From NCBI RefSeq assembly GCF_009914755.1, contig NC_060933.1: a stretch of 64,000 bases of DNA; one strand, 5' to 3'. Numbering within the stretch: the first letter of the stretch is position 1; each line of letters opens with the position of its first letter. The stretch is from the human T2T-CHM13v2.0 reference genome, Homo sapiens. The notes below the pieces were generated by a model. That model was not told the origin of the DNA and made no database searches. It saw nothing but the letters and a program-made list of their open reading frames with translations. The translations under genes were made by a program, and so were the position numbers. Below, one piece after another: positions 57,310 to 64,000 of this stretch.

Positions 57310-60300
57310 TTTCAACAAATGCCAAAAAGACAGTATGCCGAATAACATAGTTATTGCCGAATGAGCACAGAAAATCATTTTGCGCAAGATGTGGGAAGGA
57401 TGAGGATGATGAAACTACACAAGGAAGGACGGGTATGTGGGCAACAGTGATGACAGATAACTCACTGGTCAGTTGTACAGCTGGATTTACACAATACTTT
57501 TTGAAAATGACCATTTATGGTGAGCAACACTCCAGCTACAGGAAATATGCGACTCGTCTGGGACAGATCAAACATGACCTTAGTACTAACGCAAACAAGA
57601 CTACCACGTGTGGTTTATCTCTGAGGGAAAATATGAAGAGAAGTTACTTACATACCTCATAGAACAGTAAATGAGCTCCCATTTTGATCAAGGTCTTTAG
57701 CCTAGTATTAATTACAATCATGGCTTTGTTGTGTTGCTACAGTGGCAAGCATGAGTAATGATCAAGAAAGGAACGATCCATGCTGGTGCCATTCGCACCT
57801 ACTCCTCTGTTAGGATGAAAACGAGGTGTTACCACTGGCCTTTTCTATAGCCTTGCTGACCCCTGGCATCTTTCGGTTCTCAGGGGATTCCAGCAACACT
57901 TCCCACTCAAAAACAAAGCAAAAGCAACCAAAACCCCACAATTGTCGGCTCTTCCTGACCCCAAAGGAACTTCAGCTATTTCATGCAGCTGTACTTGCTT
58001 TCCTAACCCCTTCCTCAGAGCCGACTCACCTGGTCATAGGAACTCTGCAGGTCCCTACGATCAATACGCTCTCACCCACTGCGAGGCAGAGCTATGCCAG
58101 TCTTTTCTCTCGAGCCAACATTTCCAGTGCATTCATGATTTCCTTTTCTAGCTACCCCAAAACCAGGGCAGGAACCGACCCTCTACTTAGTTCTGATGAA
58201 AACACTGTGATCCCTCCAGTCTTTCTGGTATCTTTTATTGCTCATCTTACTCATTTAGATCCATCCCCAAAAAATAAACAATGAGAGGGAAAAGCAAAAC
58301 CACCTAATTTAAATACTTCAAGTTTGGGAGAAGATAAGTGATTTTAAAGAATGAAATTCGTTTGTCATAATTTTAAAAAAGAAGCTCTTAAGAAAAGGGT
58401 GTGACCACAGGATGAAAAAAAGTTTCTTCTGGATGATTTGTTTCTTGATGATAGCAGATGTAGCGTGTCTTATGACAGGTGAATTTTATTTACTCTGTTA
58501 GTCAATCTAACCCAATGCTAACAGACCAGATACAAGTTAGGACTGCTCAGGTCAAGCTGTCAGCAGTTAGCAGCATGTCCATCTCAATCTGGTGACTAGC
58601 TTCTTTATGCTTTAATTGTCAACGGCCCTCATTCTCATTTGCTTGGCACATATCTGGGGTGTGTACAGAGAAAGGGGAAAAAAAGGTCACATTGTATTTG
58701 GTGGGAACCTAGTGCATAGTTTCTCCTGAGGAGAAGCCTCTGGAATAGCCCATTCTTGATATATTCAAAGTTTTTTTTTTTTTTTTTTTCCTTAGAGCAA
58801 TGTATAATAATGGGGCTGTTAACCAGTTAAGTGCCTTTCTCCTCTTACTGGAAGGGCCTGAAAATTCATGACCAAAGAAATAACACTATGAGGACAGTGG
58901 CACCATTGTGCCAAAAAGGTTTTAAAAAATGTTTGCCATGTTGAAAAGGAAAACATTAACACCTTTAAACCTTTAAAAGGCATCAGGCTGAACAGGGCAG
59001 CTGGACTAAGATCTGGAATGAGTTACATTGGGTTGACTTATTTAAATACAATTAATATCAGAACAAAGAATGCCAAGGATTTTTATCACACTTTTAAACC
59101 AAATTCCTCATTATCTATCCTTTTTTTCTCTCTTTCCATAGCATGCAGATATTCCCGAAAGCGGACTAAACCTGATATTTACAAAAACATAGTTTTAAAT
59201 GATCAAGACAGTACAAGTTTCAACATCAGCTAGAGAACATGCACAGTCATACCGCCTAATTTTGTACCTGTGATAAACTCTGGCTAAAACCAATCACATG
59301 GGGAAAAGCTTGTCGGATGAACATCTACATCACTATTAATTTTCAGCCAGCATAGAATGCATGTGGCTTGAGAGAAACTGTTTAACAACAAAAAACTCCT
59401 ATGAAAAAGCAAATGAGTAGGAATGGGCAAAGATGAGCTCCATGACTAAAACGCTGATCTCTTTATCCTTCCTGTTTGCAAATAAGCCATGGGATCACCA
59501 TCTTAACTAGAATTCTAGTTAAGTCAAAACAAGACACTCAGGCACACACTCAAGAACGAGCAATACTTTGGAAACAGAAGAATTGTACATTTTATGATTT
59601 TCCATTGCATGTACTACATCCATCCACTCCCCTGTCCCTTTTAAGCAAATAGGCTTTATATTGGAAAATGTTATTTACTCATTTAGAAGGCCACCGTAAC
59701 GACTGGGCACTTGAGGCACAAAAGTAGTAGCAAATAGGGGAGATACTTAAAAAGTGTCAGCTGTCCAGGACTTATTGCCACTTCTCTGACAAAACACAGG
59801 TGAACACATTCATGTTTCCAAGCAAGGGAAACTCTACTTCTAGAATCTCATTACTTCTGGACTTTTTCTAACTGGCTATACACATTAGCTTGGTTTGCAG
59901 CAAGTAACAAACATTTGTTCTAAGCCTGGTGCATTTGCTGATGTGACTGCCGACAGCTATGTAATTCACTCACGAGGGCTATCTGACCTTTTATTTGACA
60001 TTAAATTAAACAGACTAAACATTGCTGTTGTACAAGATGAGTTCTAGTAACTCAACTGAGTGTAACTTTTCAAAGTTGCTGAAATAAAAATGTGTATTTA
60101 TTTTCATAAAACTACATGTAGTCTATGCACACTGCAAAAGCCAGAGTTTCTATAATGTTTTGTTGGGATATTAAAAATCTTTTCCCACCCTTTTTGAATC
60201 TAACCATTTGGTAATGGGGCAACAGCACAACACAGAGAACGCTGAGAGGACCAAAATGTTTGCAAACAAACTTTCATTATTCTAGTTCAATCTTTCACAA

Positions 60301-62505
60301 ACATACTGTACAGAGTCTTATATGGTATAAAACAAAGGAAAACATCTGTCTGTTCAATTTAACACAACACCAAAATAAAGCAATTAAGACTTTGGGGAAT
60401 TCAAAGTACAAGAAAACAAAAACGATTATTACTAATTCCTCAGCTTTTTACCATAAACACTTGTCATTTAACATAGTGTTTGATATAGTTTCTTTTGTAC
60501 TGCAAATACTTTTGGTCTTTCCTCCCCGTAGAACAAATGAAGAATTAAAATGGACCCCATAGCATCCTCTGAAGGAGGTGAAAAGATAAAGCTCCTAGAC
60601 ATAGCTAGCTTATCTTTAAGAATCTATTGTTTCTGAAATTTTCACAACAAAAATACTGAATCCCCAACTAATGATGCTTATTTTGGGAAACAATAAATAC
60701 TGTGAGGTACAATAAATCCTACAGGAATAATAACAACAGAAACATATTAACAGTTTCCTTTGGCAAATTTAACGGAAGTGAATGCTGATGTGAACATAGA
60801 AAAAATAATTACAAAAACATGAAAAATGGAAACGACATAAAAGTTAAAACAAAGGGATATTTCTAACTTTTAGACTGATGAAAGAAATGTCTGAGGCCAT
60901 TAAATGCAAAAAAGAAATACATTCTCTTTAAATTATTGTGTACTGTTTGACAAAATATTCCTTGTTTATCTCTTCTTTTCCCCTCCACTTAAAAAAAAAG
61001 GAAAAAAGAAAAAAAAAAGACAACAAAACAGTCTGCAATGCACACCCTAATGGTTTTGGCTGCAGACTGAACTTGAGTAAATATCATCATTTAGTCAGTA
61101 TGTTGTGGTAGCTGAGGCTGCCGATGTGGTTAACCAGCTCAGGCAACATGTGTAAACATCGGAAACAAAACAAAACAAAAAAGGTTTGGAGAATAGTCTC
61201 TCTCCTCTTTCTCACTCTCAATTGCTTGGTTTCAGGCTTGCTTTCATTTCTCTCTGACAAATCGTGTGGGGAAACACAAAACACTAAACATTGAGAGATC
61301 CTGCTTTAAAACCCCCTTCTTCTGGCTTTTCAGAAAGGAGTGTTGCTCCATTCAAGTTTAGCACATGTTTTCAAAGCTTCCAAGTACTGCTGCTGTTAAA
61401 TGCCTTTTGATTTTGTCTACCAAACAGGCCTGAATTATAGTACGACTGCAGAATTTGCAACAAATTAGACAGCCATACAACAGACCGACCCAGTTCAGAG
61501 GATTTCTTTTTAAAGGATAAGGGTTAGGGCCTTGGAAATGAGTGTTCGACTCTTTTACTGTATTCATCTTTGTTCCGTAGCGGGTAATTTGGGCTTTTGT
61601 ATCCTGAAATATTATCCTGCCTCTGAAGAATAAATGCCTTGGCTGTTTCACACCACATAATTTTGTTTTCCTTTTATGTAACTTAACGTATAAGCAAGAA
61701 GGATGCAATGTTGATTCTAATAACATTCGGCACTTGAAAGAATCACCAAGTGTTTTTTTAAAAAGCGGTTTTCTGGTGGCCAACAAATTGGCCTGTGGTT
61801 ATGTTGAGTGACTAATTGTATTTTCTTTTCTGGAAACTTGTGCAAAGTTGGCAGTTTTGTGTTAACACTAATACTTTGTTTGGCATTTGTGCCCTATACT
61901 GACCAGACCATTTTTATACAAGTGAATTTTTTTTAAAAAAGACACTTACTGAAGTATGGCAATAGTTTAAGGATAAAAAAGAAGCATGGTTATTACACAT
62001 CCCCTTGTAGTGTATGAAAAAAAGTGCATGACGGGATTTATGTACTAGTACAGGACATTTTAAAAAATCAGATCTGTGCTGTAAAGCATGCCAGCACCTC
62101 TTTAGCACTATATCTAACAGGTAGTAAAAACAAGACCATGTTTTTTTCTTTTTTTAAAAATGTGCATTAATGCTAACATAAATGAATAGAGCTAGCCAGC
62201 AAACTATCTTTTCCTGCATATCTAACAGCTGGATGTAACTGTAAAAATTAAACAAAAAAGTTAAACAACCATCAATACAATTGTTTTACATCAATGGCTA
62301 AATATTTACAGGTGAATCTGCCATGCTTTAATTGAAGATTCTTTCAAAACCTTAAAGTTCACAAAAGACAACTATAAGAAGTTCCTTTTTGTTTCTTTTT
62401 TCTTTTTTTTCCCTTTTATTTTTGCAGGCAACAGTCATGGGTACAACAAATTGTCTCTTTGGGGAAGACCAAGAATTATTCTGTCAAAACTGGGGCTAGT
62501 TGCAC

Positions 62506-62507
<2 letters not shown>

Positions 62508-62542
<35 letters not shown>

Positions 62543-62560
62543 ATGTGTGTGTGTGTGTGT
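62508..62560. repeat. Interrupted (TG)n microsatellite in the 3' UTR
   Basis: (TG)14 TATGTGCA (TG)8. Confidence 0.95.
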
Positions 62561-62717
62561 TTAAAGGGGTACTCTGTTTTCACCCTGAAATCAAAGATCC
62601 CACTCCTTTCCCAAAACTATAAAGGGAAGTGAAAAAAATTCAAAAGCACCTAGTGTTTATCTTGTTTATCTCAAGGAAATACGTGTGTGTATATGTAGCC
62701 ACAGAGCATACATAAAT

Positions 62718-62718
<1 letters not shown>

Positions 62719-62752
<34 letters not shown>
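62719..62752. repeat. (CA)17 microsatellite in the 3' UTR
   Basis: Perfect run about 90 nt after the stop codon. Confidence 0.95.
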
Positions 62753-62755
<3 letters not shown>

Positions 62756-62841
62756 CAAGTACATAAGCGCACACTGACTATGGCAGTTCAAACACGTAGG
62801 CCATCTGGTGAGAGCTGGCATTTGTAGTGTCCATTCTGAGA

Positions 62842-63502
62842 CTAATCTACTGAAGTGAAGGGAATGTTTTTGTGGAGATTAGGGTTCTGACTGTGCCGAT
62901 TTCGGCTTCGTACAGAGGAAAACATCATATTGCAACCTGGGACTTTGCACTTGTGCATTTCTCTCAAATGCACAGTTTTGTAGTGCACTCTCAGGGTCCC
63001 CTTGTTGCTGTACATTTTGTGGCAAATGTTGCACATGATCCCACCATTGCTCCCAGACAAGCTGCTGAACATAAGAGATCCTGAAACTTCAGCCCCTAGG
63101 CTGCCAGGGAGGGCAGGGGCCTCGGCCTTGTGTGCCGACTCCCCACTGTCACTCGCCCCGTCAATGTCATCGAGAAGAATCCCCTCATCGCTGCCTGCGT
63201 CGGATTCTCTGGAGGAATGGATACTGCTGCTGGACTGGAGGCTGGAGGTGGTGCTCAAGTCAAGGACCATGTAGTCCTCTGCCATGCCTCTCCCATACCC
63301 GTTCAGGTGGGAGTCTTCAGTCCCTGCGGGAGAGGAGGCGTCTTCCCTGACATCGAGCCCCATGGGGTGCTGGGCACCATATATCTTCACCAAAAATTCA
63401 TCGCGGAGGTCCTTGCTAAGGGAGGGCTGCGACGAGTCCAGGCCCATGTCATCGAGTTCTTTGGTCAACAGTTTACGATGTAGGTTTATGTTGGCACTGT
63501 GT
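62842..63502 (-). CDS. BNC2: Basonuclin-2, last coding exon (C-terminal ~220 aa): end of zinc finger 4, Ser-rich/acidic region, zinc fingers 5-6
   Basis: Translation (R)[18 protein letters not shown]...[63 protein letters not shown] is the basonuclin/disco-type finger pair and matches the recalled BNC2 C-terminus. Acceptor TTTTCCTAG|ACACAGT at 63503/63502 (phase 2); stop TAG at 62844-62842. Confidence 0.97.
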
Positions 63503-64000
63503 CTAGGAAAACAAGAGGGAAGGGGGGGTACGTGGATGGGGGGTGGGGAAAGGTGAGAAAAAGGAAAGCATTTTAAAATTGATTCAGCTTTCACTAGGTA
63601 TCAAATAAGCACATTCACTTCTAATTACACCATTATAAAAGCAAGCATTCCCCTATATCCTCAGGATCTGGGAGTTAGTGGTGGTGGTGAGAGGTGCAAT
63701 CAGGGGAACTTTCCATTAACATTATTTTTATAAGAGAGTTGACTCTGTCAATGGTAGGATGAATGCAAACCCGTGCACCTTTTTCTCAATGATTACTCTG
63801 TTAGTTTTACTATGTAGCAGCATCAGCTGCAGAGAATTTCATGGCAGAGATTTTAGAATATATATTAAATAGGATAAAAGAATAGAAACTTTCTGCTTGT
63901 CTAAATGGAATAGTCTAAATTTACCTAAAAACAAGAAAAAGTAAACATCTTTTCTATACAGCACACACTTTATTTTGAGGTATAGAAAAAATTCATTTTT
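63503..64000 (-). other. BNC2: 3' end of the last BNC2 intron (polypyrimidine tract and AG acceptor)
   Basis: Minus strand reads ...TCTCACCTTTCCCCACCCCCCATCCACGTACCCCCCCTTCCCTCTTGTTTTCCTAG. Recognisable BNC2 protein sequence begins exactly after this AG. Confidence 0.92.

Larger units (their letters stand above)
53370..62841 (-). other. BNC2: BNC2 long 3' UTR (~9.5 kb)
   Basis: Continuous AT-rich sequence with no recognisable transposon from the stop codon to a well-formed poly(A) site. The length fits the recalled ~13 kb BNC2 mRNA. The 3' boundary is approximate. Confidence 0.85.

Noticed and set aside
63136-63153. DSGES as a beta-TrCP phosphodegron
   Set aside because: Spacing does not fit DSGxxS, and the motif lies in Ser/Asp-rich low-complexity sequence.
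62872-63556. Plus-strand ORFs overlapping the BNC2 exon
   Set aside because: Antisense shadows of a GC-rich coding exon, with no recognisable domains.
63503-63594. First 30 codons of the 250-aa ORF (MKAESILK...SCFP)
   Set aside because: This is the intronic polypyrimidine tract read in frame from a non-ATG start; real coding sequence begins at the splice acceptor.

Overview
Primate, most likely human, genomic DNA. The right-hand ~10.6 kb is the 3' end of the basonuclin-2 gene (BNC2; chr9p22 in human, from recall) on the minus strand. It comprises the end of the last intron, the final coding exon (63502-62842, ~220 codons with the C-terminal C2H2 zinc-finger pair) and a ~9.5 kb 3' UTR with no recognisable transposon, ending at an ATTAAA signal (53386-53391). 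The left ~50 kb is downstream intergenic DNA dense in repeats: MIR, L2, nested L1s of several ages (including a twin-primed, 5'-inverted L1PA3/4 with a probable short 3' transduction), Alus, solo LTRs (THE1, LTR8, MER11, MST, MLT1, MLT2) and hAT DNA transposons. A few repeat-free islands are rich in homeodomain motifs and are candidate enhancers. Almost all ORFs in the track are noise or decayed L1. I found no evidence of a new multi-gene system. The best leads are a six-copy TTTGGATT(A) array in the 3' UTR, a 37-bp potential mRNA stem just after the stop codon, a VLDLS CtBP-type motif in BNC2, and the L1 integration signatures. Repeat subfamily names come from recalled consensus sequences. 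Boundaries of old repeats are approximate.
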